Shown here in pieces: positions 39,572 to 50,750 of a DNA stretch of 64,000 nt (position 1 is its first letter; each line of letters starts with the position of its first letter). Origin of the DNA: Sulfurospirillaceae bacterium (GTDB lineage: Bacteria; Campylobacterota; Campylobacteria; Campylobacterales; Sulfurospirillaceae); NCBI GenBank assembly GCA_033723415.1, contig JAWVXD010000001.1, positions 320,001 through 384,000 on the forward strand, in the 5' to 3' direction. The notes beneath the pieces were generated by a model. The model worked only from the letters and a program-made list of their open reading frames with translations. It was not told the DNA's origin and did no database searches. The translations under genes and the position numbers were made by a program.

Positions 39572-40330
39572 ATGAGAAAGATATTTTTGATTTTAGTATT
39601 ATTTATAGGGTTAAATTTATTTTCCAGCGAACTTCAAATAAAAACAAAAGATGGATTTATATTAAAGGGTTGGTTGACTTTTCCGAAAGTTTCAGAAAAA
39701 ACTTATCCTTTGGCAGTTTTTGCTCATGAATTTGGCAGTGACCATAAAATGTGGGCAAATATATCAAAACTTATGCGTAAAAGAGGATATGCTACGTTTG
39801 AGATGGATCTAAGAGGCCATGGAAAATCAATTATGCAAAATGGAAAAGAAAATAAGATAATCAGTTTTAAAACCTTGGACCATCTAGAAGCTTCCGTAAA
39901 ACAGAGTGCTATAAAAGTAGATTTTAAAAAAATTCCAAATGACTTATCTGCATGGATCGATAAATTGTCACAGAATAAGAAATTAAAAACAGAAAACATG
40001 GTGTTTTTCGGTGCGTCTTTAGGTGGTGGAGCAATCATATCAATCTTGCTTGATTATGAACCTAAAGTCGTAGTGCTATTCTCACCTGCAGCTCCAAAGA
40101 CTTATGATGAAACTGCCATGAATGACTCTATTTCAAATAGCGAAGCTAAAATACTGATTTTTTCTTCTAGAGATGATTTTGCCAGGAAAACAGCTATTTA
40201 CTACATGACAAAAGCACTGACACCAACACTTATAGTTCTACCTGGCAGTGGACACGGAAGTGCAACATTTGACCTTGCTATGCCTTTTTTAAAAACTTAT
40301 CTTAATAAATATTTACCAATAGAAAAGTGA
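39572..40330 (+). CDS. Secreted alpha/beta hydrolase
   Basis: Signal peptide; DLRGHGKS, GASLG nucleophile elbow, C-terminal GHG. Confidence 0.82.
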   Translation: MRKIFLILVLFIGLNLFSSELQIKTKDGFILKGWLTFPKVSEKTYPLAVFAHEFGSDHKMWANISKLMRKRGYATFEMDLRGHGKSIMQNGKENKIISFKTLDHLEASVKQSAIKVDFKKIPNDLSAWIDKLSQNKKLKTENMVFFGASLGGGAIISILLDYEPKVVVLFSPAAPKTYDETAMNDSISNSEAKILIFSSRDDFARKTAIYYMTKALTPTLIVLPGSGHGSATFDLAMPFLKTYLNKYLPIEK

Positions 40331-41229
40331 AGATGATAGGTTGTGACCTTGGATCAAATACGCTAAGAATAGTGGAAATTGACTGTAAAACAAAAAAAAG
40401 AGTTATTGAATTTGAGAAGATAGTAAAAACAGGACAAAATTTAAAAAATAGCGGCAAAATATCGGATGAATCGATCAAAAATATCTTTGATGCTTTAGAA
40501 GAAGCTTCAAGTATTTTTGATTTTTCATCTAAAAAAACTAAATGCGTGACAACAGAAGCAATGAGACTGGCATCAAACTCAGATGAAATTCTAAAGACAA
40601 TAAAGGAAAGATTTAATCTTGATTTTCAAATTATCTGCGGAGACACAGAAGCACAGTACACCTTACAAGGCGTCAAAAACTCGTTGAGACTACTGAATAT
40701 ACCAGATGATGATTTTTGTATGTTTGATTTAGGTGGAGGATCTACTGAGATCATCTATGTGCAAGAAAACAATACATCATATAAAAGCTTCCCTTTTGGT
40801 ATTTTGAAGATTTCTGAACAATATCCTGATTTAGAAAGCCTGCAAAATGGCATTTACGAAGAGATTGAACAGATAAATTACTTTATAAAAGGTCATAATA
40901 AACCTAAAAAACTAATTGCGACTGCAGGAACACCTACTACCGTATGCGCATTTTTACAAGATGTGGATTATAGATCTTATAACCATAACAAAGTATCAGG
41001 TAAAATATTGCATATAAACGATTTTAAAAAAGCATATACCCAAATTTTGGCATTAAGTCTTGAAGAACAAGAGAGGTATTGCGGTACTAACCGAAGTGAA
41101 CTGATCAAGACAGGTATTTTGATAATAATAGGATTAATGGAAAAACTAAAGTTTGAAGAATGCCTAATAGTAGACGATGGACTCAGAGAAGGAGTTGCCC
41201 TTTCATTGTGTAATTTTGGCTTTGTCTAA
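40327..41229 (+). CDS. ppx: Ppx/GppA-family exopolyphosphatase
   Basis: DLGSNTLR, TEAMR, DLGGGSTE, GLREG. Confidence 0.88.
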   Translation: MKMIGCDLGSNTLRIVEIDCKTKKRVIEFEKIVKTGQNLKNSGKISDESIKNIFDALEEASSIFDFSSKKTKCVTTEAMRLASNSDEILKTIKERFNLDFQIICGDTEAQYTLQGVKNSLRLLNIPDDDFCMFDLGGGSTEIIYVQENNTSYKSFPFGILKISEQYPDLESLQNGIYEEIEQINYFIKGHNKPKKLIATAGTPTTVCAFLQDVDYRSYNHNKVSGKILHINDFKKAYTQILALSLEEQERYCGTNRSELIKTGILIIIGLMEKLKFEECLIVDDGLREGVALSLCNFGFV

Positions 41230-41296
41230 GATTTTTTTGATATAATTAACGACTTTTTATATAAAAAAGTAAAAATAAAACTGGAAAGGAGAGGTC

Positions 41297-42991
41297 ATGG
41301 ATTTAAACGGTTCTCAGATGGTCGTAGAAGCACTGCATAAGGAGAACGTAAGTGTAGTCTTTGGCTATCCTGGCGGTGCCATCATGAATGTTTATGATGA
41401 AGTATACAAACAAAACTATTTTGAACACATATTAACAAGACACGAACAAGCTGCAGTACATGCGGCTGATGGATATGCAAGAGCAAGCGGAGAGGTAGGA
41501 GTTGCATTCGTTACAAGCGGCCCAGGTTTTACCAACGCCGTAACAGGACTGGCAACAGCTTATATTGATTCTATTCCTATGGTTGTAATTAGTGGACAGG
41601 TTCCTATAAGTATGATAGGAACTGATGCTTTTCAAGAGATAGATGCAGTAGGAATCAGCAGACCTTGTGTTAAGCACAATTATCTCGTAAAACATGTAAG
41701 TGATCTACCAAGAATTTTAAAAGAAGCATTTTATATAGCAAGAAGCGGAAGACCCGGTCCTGTACATATAGACCTCCCAAAAGACGTTACTGCTCAGGTT
41801 GGAAAATTTGTATATCCTGATGAGATCACAATACAAACTTACAAGCCAACTTATAAAGGTAATTTTAGACAGATAAAAAAAGCCATAGATGCCATAAAAG
41901 AAGCAAAAAGACCTGTACTATATATAGGTGGTGGAGCTGTTAACTCAAACGCTGCCGCTGAAGTAAGAGAATTTGCCAATATTACAGGTATACCGGCTGT
42001 TGAGACTTTGATGGCAAGAGGCGTCATGGGAGATAATAACCCTTTATTACTGGGTATGCTTGGAATGCACGGGTGCTATTGCGCAAATATGTCTATGAGT
42101 GAAGCTGACTTGATGATAGCTTTTGGAGCCAGATTTGATGATAGAGTTACCGGAAAACTAAGTGAATTTGCAAAACATGCAAAAATAATCCATGTAGATA
42201 TTGATCCAAGCAGTATAGGGAAACTAGTAAAAATAGATTATCCGATAGTTGGTGATTTAAAAAATATAGTAAGCGAGATGATCCCTCTAGCTAAAGATAA
42301 AATCGATCCTTCTAAGTATGAACAATGGAGAAAAATACTAAAAAGATATGATGATATACACCCTTTAGGCTACAAAGACAGTCAAACTTGTATAAAACCT
42401 CAATGGGTTATCCAAAGGATTGGCGAACTACTTGGCGAAAAAGCTATAATATCAACAGATGTTGGTCAACATCAGATGTGGACAGCACAATTTTACCCAT
42501 TTGACAGACCTAGACAGTTTATCACAAGTGGCGGACTTGGAACTATGGGATTTGGTTTTCCAGCAGCTATGGGAGTTAAAAAAGCCATAAAAGACAAGAT
42601 TTCGATAAATATCACAGGTGATGGTTCGATTTTGATGAATATACAAGAGCTTATGACAGCATATGAATCAAAGATACCGGTTATAAATATTATATTAAAC
42701 AATGGTTATCTTGGTATGGTAAGGCAGTGGCAAACATTTTTTTATGACAAAAGATACTCATCAACTGATCTAAGCGGAGCTCAACCTGATTTTGTGAAAT
42801 TATCTGAGAGCTTTGGCGGTTTGGGATTTAGAGTTGAAACAAAAGAAGAATTTGATAAAGCTTTACATGAAGCCGTTGAAAGCAATATGGTCTGCATGAT
42901 AGATGTAAATGTTGATAGATTGGAAGATGTTTTACCTATGGTTCCTGCAGGTGGAACACTTTACAATATGATATTAGAGCATAAGGAATAA
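41297..42991 (+). CDS. ilvI: Acetolactate synthase large subunit
   Basis: FGYPGG, RHEQ, TSGPG, DVGQHQM, GDGS...LNN TPP motif. Confidence 0.95.
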   Translation: MDLNGSQMVVEALHKENVSVVFGYPGGAIMNVYDEVYKQNYFEHILTRHEQAAVHAADGYARASGEVGVAFVTSGPGFTNAVTGLATAYIDSIPMVVISGQVPISMIGTDAFQEIDAVGISRPCVKHNYLVKHVSDLPRILKEAFYIARSGRPGPVHIDLPKDVTAQVGKFVYPDEITIQTYKPTYKGNFRQIKKAIDAIKEAKRPVLYIGGGAVNSNAAAEVREFANITGIPAVETLMARGVMGDNNPLLLGMLGMHGCYCANMSMSEADLMIAFGARFDDRVTGKLSEFAKHAKIIHVDIDPSSIGKLVKIDYPIVGDLKNIVSEMIPLAKDKIDPSKYEQWRKILKRYDDIHPLGYKDSQTCIKPQWVIQRIGELLGEKAIISTDVGQHQMWTAQFYPFDRPRQFITSGGLGTMGFGFPAAMGVKKAIKDKISINITGDGSILMNIQELMTAYESKIPVINIILNNGYLGMVRQWQTFFYDKRYSSTDLSGAQPDFVKLSESFGGLGFRVETKEEFDKALHEAVESNMVCMIDVNVDRLEDVLPMVPAGGTLYNMILEHKE

Positions 42992-42994
42992 GAT

Positions 42995-43465
42995 ATGAAA
43001 GAAATCAGAAGAGTTTTATCAGTTATTGTAACAAATGAGCATGGTGTACTTTCAAGAATTTCAGGATTATTTGCAGGACGTGGCTATAATATCGATACAT
43101 TGACTGTTGCTCCTATCCCTGATACGAATTTCTCAAGACTTACGATAGTGACATCGGGAAATGAAAATGTACTGGAACAAATCGTTAAGCAGCTGCACAA
43201 ACTTATACCGACATACAAAGTTATAGAATCTGGAGAATTTGTAGAAAAAGAAATGGCACTGGTCAAAATTCCACTCGGTGAGGATTTTAACGGCCTTGAT
43301 GCTATGTTAAAAGCCTACAATGGTACTATAGCCAATAGTGGAGCAGATTTTATAGTTGTAATGGTAGCTGATAATGCAAAAAGAATACAAGATTTTTTAA
43401 AAGCAATTAAAAAATACAATCCGACCGATATGGTTAGAAGCGGTTCAGTGGCTATGGATGTATAA
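42995..43465 (+). CDS. ilvH: Acetolactate synthase small subunit
   Basis: [23 protein letters not shown] domain; QIVKQLHKL. Confidence 0.95.
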   Translation: MKEIRRVLSVIVTNEHGVLSRISGLFAGRGYNIDTLTVAPIPDTNFSRLTIVTSGNENVLEQIVKQLHKLIPTYKVIESGEFVEKEMALVKIPLGEDFNGLDAMLKAYNGTIANSGADFIVVMVADNAKRIQDFLKAIKKYNPTDMVRSGSVAMDV

Positions 43466-44427
43466 TGACACTGAAAGATTTAGCAGATAAATTAGATATT
43501 GCGTATAATGGTCAAGATTTTGAGATAGCATCCTTTGCAACCTTACAAAGTGCGCATTCAAAGAATATCACATTTTTTGATGATGCAAAGTTGCTCGAAG
43601 ATCTAAAGAATACAAAAGCTAAAGCAGTCTTAATAAGTGAAAAATTTGCTTCATTTGTACCTGAAGATACACAAGCTTTGATCTGTGACAATCCGCATCT
43701 CTACATGGCTAAAGCTAGCAAGTATTTTGTAAAGGATTCATTTTCTTTTGGTGAAAATATAGAAATTCATCAAAATACAAGAATCTCACCAAATGTGCAA
43801 ATTGGAAGCAATAGCAAGATAGAAGAGGGTGCAATTATATATCCAAATGTCGTAATAGGATCAAATGTATATATCGGTAAAGACACTCTGATATATCCAA
43901 ATGTCGTAATCTATGCAGATTCCGTTATAGGTTCAAACTGTATATTACAGGCAGGTTCCATCATCGGAAGTGATGGCTTTGGTTATGCTCATACAAGAAA
44001 TGGGGAGCATGTAAAAATTCACCATAGTGGAAATGTTGTAATTGAAGATGATGTTGAAATAGGAGCAAATACAACGATTGATAAAGCAGTATTTGGTTCT
44101 ACCGTGATAAAAAAAGGAACAAAAATCGATAATCTCGTCCAAATTGCTCACAATTGTGAACTAGGAGAATATTGTTTGATAGTATCACAAACAGGAATTT
44201 CCGGCTCATCAAAGCTAGGAAGGAATGTAATCATGGGAGGACAAAGTGCAACTGCAGGTCATCTCTCAATTGGCGATTTTGCAACAATTGCAGCAAGAGG
44301 CGGTGTCACAAAGACAATTGATGGAGGAAAAGTTTATGGCGGATTTCCATTGATGTTACAAAAAGAGTGGCTAAAAAAACAAGCAAAAATAGCAAATTAT
44401 TTTAAAAAAATTAATAAAAGGATTTAA
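43465..44427 (+). CDS. lpxD: UDP-3-O-(3-hydroxymyristoyl)glucosamine N-acyltransferase
   Basis: Hexapeptide repeats; [27 protein letters not shown]. Confidence 0.95.
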   Translation: MTLKDLADKLDIAYNGQDFEIASFATLQSAHSKNITFFDDAKLLEDLKNTKAKAVLISEKFASFVPEDTQALICDNPHLYMAKASKYFVKDSFSFGENIEIHQNTRISPNVQIGSNSKIEEGAIIYPNVVIGSNVYIGKDTLIYPNVVIYADSVIGSNCILQAGSIIGSDGFGYAHTRNGEHVKIHHSGNVVIEDDVEIGANTTIDKAVFGSTVIKKGTKIDNLVQIAHNCELGEYCLIVSQTGISGSSKLGRNVIMGGQSATAGHLSIGDFATIAARGGVTKTIDGGKVYGGFPLMLQKEWLKKQAKIANYFKKINKRI

Positions 44428-44428
44428 A

Positions 44429-44668
44429 ATGGGTGGAAAGAACACTATACTAAAGGAATTTCCTTTGGCAGATACAAAAAATGGAAGAATTTCAGTTTCT
44501 CATCTAGAAGAGCCTTATGGTGATGGCTCATTCCCAGTTGTTAGCATAGGAATATCTCTAAAAAAGAATGCTGAAGAGCCAGACTGGAAAGCACACATCC
44601 CTTATGACAATTTGGATGAACTCATAGACGCGCTAAAAGAAGCACAAAAAATCTACGGTAAGAAATAA
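44429..44668 (+). CDS. Small hypothetical protein
   Basis: AAGGA RBS, co-oriented after lpxD, followed by terminator hairpin. Confidence 0.75.
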   Translation: MGGKNTILKEFPLADTKNGRISVSHLEEPYGDGSFPVVSIGISLKKNAEEPDWKAHIPYDNLDELIDALKEAQKIYGKK

Positions 44669-44676
44669 ATCGAAAA

Positions 44677-44708
44677 GGGTTTACTCATCTAAAAAAATGA
44701 GTAAACCC
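44677..44708. terminator. Bidirectional terminator between convergent operons
   Basis: Perfect 12-bp stem GGGTTTACTCAT-N8-ATGAGTAAACCC with A-rich and T-rich flanks. Confidence 0.75.
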
Positions 44709-44721
44709 AACTTTCTCTTTT

Positions 44722-45891
44722 CTAATAATTCTCTTTTACAAAATCTTTAATTCTAGATATTCCTTCTTCGATACTTTTTGTATCTGTTGCAAATGAAAAT
44801 CTAAAATACCCGTCACTACCAAAACCGATACCAGGAACAGTGGCAACACCTTTATTTTCCAATAATCGTTTACAGAAATCTAAAGAATCATTGGATATTT
44901 TTTTAATATTCACATAAAGATAAAACGCACCGCTTGGTTTGATAACACTTAAACCATCGATTTCATTAAATAACTTTACTGCCACATTTCTTCTTTTTTC
45001 AAATTCAACCCTCATGCTTTCCATATCATTGTTTGCTTCACCCAATAATGCAGGAATTGCCGCTTTTTGAGTAATAGAGTTAATATTTGACGTACTTTGG
45101 CTCTGTAATTTTTTGATAGCAGCCGTTATCTCTTTAATAGGGCAGGCCATATAACCAAATCTCCAACCTGTCATAGCTACGGATTTACTCAATCCATTGA
45201 TCGTGATGGTTCTATCATACATATCTTTACTAATACTTGCCGTAGAAGTAAAGACAAGGTTGTCATAGATCAGTTTTTCATACATCTCATCTGAAGCTAC
45301 TAATACCTTAGTTCCTTTTAATACATCTGCCAATGCTTCAAGTTCAGCCTTCGTATAAACGGATCCTGTTGGATTTGAAGGCGAATTGAGTATTAGAAGC
45401 TTGGTTTTAGAAGTCATCGCATCTTTAAGCTGTTGGGGTGTTATTTTAAATCCTGTAGAATCATCTGTTTGGATTTCAACGACAGTTCCACCTGCATATT
45501 TTATGATCTCAGGATAAGTAACCCAATAAGGGGCCGGAACAATAACTTCATCACCATCATCCACAATAGCTTCCATTAGGTTAAATAATGATTGTTTTGC
45601 TCCAACATTAGAAATAATATCTCCCACTTGATAATCTAACCCATTTTCATTTTTTAATTTAATTTTGATAGCTTCAAGTAACTCCGGAGCTCCAGCAACT
45701 GCAGTGTATTTCGTAAAACCATCATTGATCGCTTTAATCGCTGCATCTTTTATGACTTGAGGAGTGTCAAAATCAGGTTCTCCTGCTGAAAAACTCAAAA
45801 CATCCTTGCCTTCTGCTTTCATTTGCTTTGCTAATGCAGTGATTGCAAGAGTCATGGATTCCGATAGTACTTGTATTCTTCTAGACAACAT
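44722..45891 (-). CDS. aspC: Aspartate aminotransferase (PLP class I)
   Basis: AGEPDFDTP, PYWVTY, NSPSNPTG, DEMY, SKSVAMTGWRFG. Confidence 0.9.
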   Translation of the reverse strand: MLSRRIQVLSESMTLAITALAKQMKAEGKDVLSFSAGEPDFDTPQVIKDAAIKAINDGFTKYTAVAGAPELLEAIKIKLKNENGLDYQVGDIISNVGAKQSLFNLMEAIVDDGDEVIVPAPYWVTYPEIIKYAGGTVVEIQTDDSTGFKITPQQLKDAMTSKTKLLILNSPSNPTGSVYTKAELEALADVLKGTKVLVASDEMYEKLIYDNLVFTSTASISKDMYDRTITINGLSKSVAMTGWRFGYMACPIKEITAAIKKLQSQSTSNINSITQKAAIPALLGEANNDMESMRVEFEKRRNVAVKLFNEIDGLSVIKPSGAFYLYVNIKKISNDSLDFCKRLLENKGVATVPGIGFGSDGYFRFSFATDTKSIEEGISRIKDFVKENY

Positions 45892-45916
45892 ATTTTCTTC
45901 CTTTTAACCGTTGAGA

Positions 45917-46636
45917 TTATTGTTTTACTGAATTTAAAAACTGTTTATAAATATCTTCAAGTTCTTTGTCAGTCTCTATAAGATTTTTATCCGCATGCTG
46001 TTCATTAACGGCAGTTTCCAAAGCTTTAATCCTCTTAAATAGATATAAAAATAGTTCTTTATTGATATCTGGTATCTTATTATGAGCCATAGGATTTTTA
46101 TCTCTGCCTTTTTCGATTACTCGTGCCGGGATACCCACGGCAGTTGAATTATCAGGGACGGAATTAACGACTACCGAATTAGAACCGATTCTGCAATTTT
46201 TCCCTATCGTGATATCTCCTAAAACTTTTGCTCCTGCACCGATAACCGTTCCACTCGAGATCGTAGGATGTCTCTTTTGACCTCTGTTTAAATTGACTCC
46301 GCCGAGCGTCACTCCTTGGTATATCAATATATCATCCTCGACAACAGCGGTTTCTCCGATCACCACGCCGAAAGCATGATCTAAAAATACTCTTCTTCCG
46401 ATTGTAGCACCAGGGTGGATATCAATATTTGTCACAAACTGATTGATACCCATAATCATCCTAGCCAGTAACTTGAAATCTCGGATATACAGTTCATGTG
46501 CTATTCTATAATTTACGATAGCCCAGACACCTGGGTAATTAAAAAATAGTTCAAATTTTGAATTTATGGCAGGATCGCTTTGAACAGGCTGAGAAAAATC
46601 TTCTTTGATTTTATGCCATAAACTAACTTTGTTCAT
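45917..46636 (-). CDS. cysE: Serine O-acetyltransferase
   Basis: IDIHPGA, DHAFGVVIGETA, VTLGG, KRHPT. Confidence 0.95.
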   Translation of the reverse strand: MNKVSLWHKIKEDFSQPVQSDPAINSKFELFFNYPGVWAIVNYRIAHELYIRDFKLLARMIMGINQFVTNIDIHPGATIGRRVFLDHAFGVVIGETAVVEDDILIYQGVTLGGVNLNRGQKRHPTISSGTVIGAGAKVLGDITIGKNCRIGSNSVVVNSVPDNSTAVGIPARVIEKGRDKNPMAHNKIPDINKELFLYLFKRIKALETAVNEQHADKNLIETDKELEDIYKQFLNSVKQ

Positions 46637-48474
46637 TGTTCTTCCTTACCATTGATGGTTTTAAGATATCCATTGTCATTTAGGAATAGATAAATTTCGC
46701 CTAATATATACTTCTTTGTCTTATCGTCTATTAAATCTGATTTTTCAATTTTTTCATTTAAGATTTCTTGAACTTCTTTGATATCATAATCTAAATCTTC
46801 GAGTATATCCAAAATACTTTGCGATTCGATTAAATTTTCTATTTCAAATCCTTTGTCATCTATCTTTATTGTTGCTTCTGTAGGATGTGCAAAAAGGTTA
46901 TGATTCATACCCAACACTTCTTGGTATGCACCTACTAGAAAAAATCCTATAAAATAGTCTTCCTTAGTCACATCTAGATCATGTAAAAGTAACGGATTAT
47001 TTCTGTTATAGCTTATCTCTCCATCGCTGTCGCAAGTTATATCCCAAATTGAAGCAGATCTAGTAGGTTTTTCATCAAGTCTGTCAAGAGGCATGGCAGG
47101 GAAGGATTGATCAATTCCCCAAAAATCCGGTAAACTCTGAAAAATTGAAAAATTAACAAGATATCTTTCTTGCACCATATCTTGAATTTGAAGTAACTCT
47201 TTTGTCTTTTTGTCTTTTAAAAGCATAATAGCTTTTTTCATGATCAAATTAACCAATATTTCCGTATTGCTTCTATCAATAAGATCTATATATCCTAAGT
47301 CAAACAATGTCAATAGTGAATCCATATGATCAATGCTGTCATGCAGATATTCTTGAGCATGCAGATGATTCATAGTCGTATACAGATCATATAATTCTTG
47401 TATTAGAGGAGGATTTTTATCCTTTAATTTTAATTTTTCTTCAGTATATTCTTGAGAAAAAAGCTCTAAAACAGGAGCAACCAAAACAGCATGTGATGCT
47501 GCTATATATCTTCCTGATTCTATAAAAATATTTGGTTCGGCGACATTTGCTCTAGTGGATATATCTTTTAATAAAAATGTAATATCATTTGCATATTCAT
47601 TTAAAGAATAGTTTCGATTCATCGTACTTTTTTGCTGTGAATATTCGATCGCGAGCCCTCCGCCTATATTAATCGCATTTAGCCCTGTTGCTCCCATTTT
47701 ATTTAGCTGCACAAATATATTTCCGGCTTCTCTTAGAGCTTTTTTCAAGGGCCCAATATCTGAAATTTGTGAGCCTATATGAAAATGAATCATACTAAAA
47801 CGTTCTATAAGTCCGGCATCCTTTAGCATATTAACAGCTTGCAACAACTCAGTAGAAGTCAAACCGAATTTTGAATTTATACCGCCACTCTTCGCCCATA
47901 TGCCTACACCGGAACTGTGTAATCTTATTCTTAGCCCGATGTTTGGAACCTGTCCGAATCTCTTTTTGGCGATTTTTATTATATTTTCAAGCTCACTTAA
48001 TCCTTCTATGGTTATTGTTATATTGTGACCCATTTCACTAGCAATAAAACCTATATTTATCATCTCTTCGTCCTTAAAGCCATTGACTGTGATAGGTGAG
48101 TTATCGCTATTATACGCCATAGCTAAGAACAATTCAGCTTTACTTCCGGCTTCTAAACCATAATTGTATTTTTCACCTAATCTAACTAGATTTTTTACAA
48201 AATTTGGATATTGGTTTACCTTTAGCGGATAAACAGCATTAAACGAGCCTTTGTATTTGAACTCTTCTCTTGCTTTATTAAATGTTCTGTAAATCAAATC
48301 AATTTGTTTTTCTATCAAATGAGGAAACCTCAATAATATAGGTCCTTTTATATCATCTTCTCTAATTCTTTGTACAATTTTTACTAAAGAAGGGCTACTT
48401 TTATAATTTAGTTTTACTTTTTTATTGTCAATAAAAAAATTATCATCACCCCATATTTTAATTCCATAATCCAA
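46633..48474 (-). CDS. speA: Biosynthetic arginine decarboxylase
   Basis: YPLKVNQ, GLEAGSKAE, HFHIGSQ, FQSLPDFW, DITCDSDG, GAYQEVLG. Confidence 0.95.
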   Translation of the reverse strand: MDYGIKIWGDDNFFIDNKKVKLNYKSSPSLVKIVQRIREDDIKGPILLRFPHLIEKQIDLIYRTFNKAREEFKYKGSFNAVYPLKVNQYPNFVKNLVRLGEKYNYGLEAGSKAELFLAMAYNSDNSPITVNGFKDEEMINIGFIASEMGHNITITIEGLSELENIIKIAKKRFGQVPNIGLRIRLHSSGVGIWAKSGGINSKFGLTSTELLQAVNMLKDAGLIERFSMIHFHIGSQISDIGPLKKALREAGNIFVQLNKMGATGLNAINIGGGLAIEYSQQKSTMNRNYSLNEYANDITFLLKDISTRANVAEPNIFIESGRYIAASHAVLVAPVLELFSQEYTEEKLKLKDKNPPLIQELYDLYTTMNHLHAQEYLHDSIDHMDSLLTLFDLGYIDLIDRSNTEILVNLIMKKAIMLLKDKKTKELLQIQDMVQERYLVNFSIFQSLPDFWGIDQSFPAMPLDRLDEKPTRSASIWDITCDSDGEISYNRNNPLLLHDLDVTKEDYFIGFFLVGAYQEVLGMNHNLFAHPTEATIKIDDKGFEIENLIESQSILDILEDLDYDIKEVQEILNEKIEKSDLIDDKTKKYILGEIYLFLNDNGYLKTINGKEEQ

Positions 48475-48475
48475 A

Positions 48476-49696
48476 TTATTCTCCTAAGAAATCTTCTATT
48501 GCCATACTTTTTTCTTCTTTATTCTCTAAATCTTTTAGCCAAATCAAATTTTTTGCTAATTCATCTTCACCTATACATATACAAAATCTGGCATTTTGTT
48601 TATCAGCATTTTTCAAGTGTGATTTCAGACTTTTCGTCTCATAATTCAATGCAACTTTTTCTTTTCTTCTTAACTGAATTGATAACTTAAAAGTAATATC
48701 CAGTGCTTCTTCACAGAGTGCTCCTATATAATATCCCGATCTTAAACTCTCCGGCATATCAATCAGTTCCATGAGTCTTTCTATACCCATAGCAAATCCA
48801 ATTCCATATGTAGGTTTTCCATCTAAATATTCAACTAATCTATCATATCTACCGCCGCCGGCTATTGCACTTTGAGCACCTATCTCATTACTTACAAACT
48901 CAAATGCAGTCTTATTATAATAATCAAGTCCACGAACTAATTTTGGATTTAACGAGTATTTTACATCAAAATCATTCAAAATTGATGTAAGTTTAGTAAA
49001 ATCACTTTGACAGCCCGTGCACAGATTATCTGTGATCAAAGGAGCTGATTTATAAACCTCTTGGCATCCCTCATTTTTACAATCTAAGACTCTTATTGGA
49101 TTTGTATCTTTTCTTCTTTTGCAATCCTCACAGATCTCACTTTCATGTCTTCCCAAAAAATCTACAAGCTTTTCTCTGTAAAATGGCATGCATTCATTAC
49201 ATCCAAGAGAATTCAGCTCTAATATATAGCTTATGCCAAAGAAATCTAACATCTCTTTTAACATCAAAATGATACTTGCATCTTCTTTTACACTTGATTC
49301 TCCAAAAGACTCGACTCCAAACTGATGAAATTCTCTAAGTCTTCCTTTTTGTGGTCTTTCATATCTGAACATAGGTCCATGATAGAAAAATTTCTTATTT
49401 CCTCCGGCTTTATCAAACTTTTGCTGTATAAAAGCTCTAACTACTCCTGCCGTTCCCTCTGGACGCATACATACGTCATTGCCGCCTTTATCCATAAATT
49501 GATACATCTCTTTACCGACAATATCGCTACTTTCTCCAACACTTCTTTTAAAAAGAGCTGTTTCTTCTAAGATTGGAGTTTCAATATAATTGAATCCATA
49601 GTTTTGTGCTATTCTACTACAGTTTTCAACAAAATATAGATATCTCTCACTGCTTGGTGTCAGTAAATCTTTCATGCCTCTAAGCGCTTGTATCAT
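48476..49696 (-). CDS. hisS: Histidine--tRNA ligase
   Basis: RPEGTA, FRYERPQKGRLREFHQ, LVRGLDYY, GGGRYD. Confidence 0.97.
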   Translation of the reverse strand: MIQALRGMKDLLTPSSERYLYFVENCSRIAQNYGFNYIETPILEETALFKRSVGESSDIVGKEMYQFMDKGGNDVCMRPEGTAGVVRAFIQQKFDKAGGNKKFFYHGPMFRYERPQKGRLREFHQFGVESFGESSVKEDASIILMLKEMLDFFGISYILELNSLGCNECMPFYREKLVDFLGRHESEICEDCKRRKDTNPIRVLDCKNEGCQEVYKSAPLITDNLCTGCQSDFTKLTSILNDFDVKYSLNPKLVRGLDYYNKTAFEFVSNEIGAQSAIAGGGRYDRLVEYLDGKPTYGIGFAMGIERLMELIDMPESLRSGYYIGALCEEALDITFKLSIQLRRKEKVALNYETKSLKSHLKNADKQNARFCICIGEDELAKNLIWLKDLENKEEKSMAIEDFLGE

Positions 49697-50270
49697 ATAT
49701 AAATCCCTCTATTTTTTTATAAATATTTTCTATTGTATCAGACGAGTCTATCATTAAGACTTTTACTGAAAGCTTCTTTAATACTTTTTCCATAAGCTCT
49801 TGTACACTCAAAAGATAATCAATCCCTCTTAATTCTATATTGTCATGATCCTTTTGTGATAATCTTTGTCCTATCAACTCTTTTGTTGTCTTAAAAAGTA
49901 CAACTGCATCCGGCAAGTTCCCGCTTAATGCAAATTTATTTAATTCGATTAAAAAATCAATATCTAAACTTTCACTGTTCGCAAGAGCATAAGCGATACC
50001 TGACACTAAACCTCTGTCTGATAAGATCATCTTTTCATCGTTGTCTTTTATATTTTCAGCAAAATTTTGAGCTCTATCGGCTAAGAAAAGAAACAATTCG
50101 GCATTAAAAGAAAGTTTATGTTCACTATTTAAAATAATCTCTCTTAGATTTTTCCCAAGTTCTGTATTTCCAGGTTCTTTGAGAGTTATGATATTTTCAT
50201 GTCTTTGTTTAAAAAGCTCGATCTGAGTACTTTTTCCTGTCGTGTCTATACCTTCAAATATTATGTACAT
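49680..50270 (-). CDS. tmk: Thymidylate kinase
   Basis: FEGIDTTGKSTQ, EPG, LFLADRAQ, SDR. Confidence 0.95.
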   Translation of the reverse strand: MYIIFEGIDTTGKSTQIELFKQRHENIITLKEPGNTELGKNLREIILNSEHKLSFNAELFLFLADRAQNFAENIKDNDEKMILSDRGLVSGIAYALANSESLDIDFLIELNKFALSGNLPDAVVLFKTTKELIGQRLSQKDHDNIELRGIDYLLSVQELMEKVLKKLSVKVLMIDSSDTIENIYKKIEGFIYDTSA

Positions 50271-50746
50271 TATTTCTTCTTAATATATTTTAAGACTTCA
50301 TTTGGGACTAGGTGACTTGCATCACCATTGTGTCTTATGATATCTCTCACAACTGTTGAGCTTATAAAAGCATGTTCTAAGTTTGGCATAAGATAAACAG
50401 TATCTATATTTTTATCCATAGAAGCGTTTGCGTAACCGATCTGAAGCTCAAATTCAAAATCACTTACCGCTCTAAGTCCTCTTATGATCGTATTGACATT
50501 TTGATCCTTACAAAACTTGACAAGCAGGCTATAAAAGGGCAAAACATCAACATTTTCAATATCTTTTACACTGTCTTTTGCCATATTTACTCTTGTTTGT
50601 ATATCAAACATAGGATTTTTATTGCCTGAGTCGGCAATACCTACAATAACTCTATCAAATATTTTTCTAGCTCTTTTTATAACAGAAATATGTCCAATTG
50701 TTATGGGATCAAATGTTCCTGGATATATTGCGACTAGGTGTGGCAT
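50270..50746 (-). CDS. coaD: Pantetheine-phosphate adenylyltransferase
   Basis: YPGTFDPITIGH, RGLRAVSDFE, ISST; likely start ATG 50746 (ORF track 50779). Confidence 0.95.
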   Translation of the reverse strand: MPHLVAIYPGTFDPITIGHISVIKRARKIFDRVIVGIADSGNKNPMFDIQTRVNMAKDSVKDIENVDVLPFYSLLVKFCKDQNVNTIIRGLRAVSDFEFELQIGYANASMDKNIDTVYLMPNLEHAFISSTVVRDIIRHNGDASHLVPNEVLKYIKKK

Positions 50747-50750
50747 AGTT

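Noticed and set aside
41297..44427. ilvI-ilvH-lpxD linkage as unusual
   Set aside because: This order is known from Campylobacter and is ordinary for the lineage.
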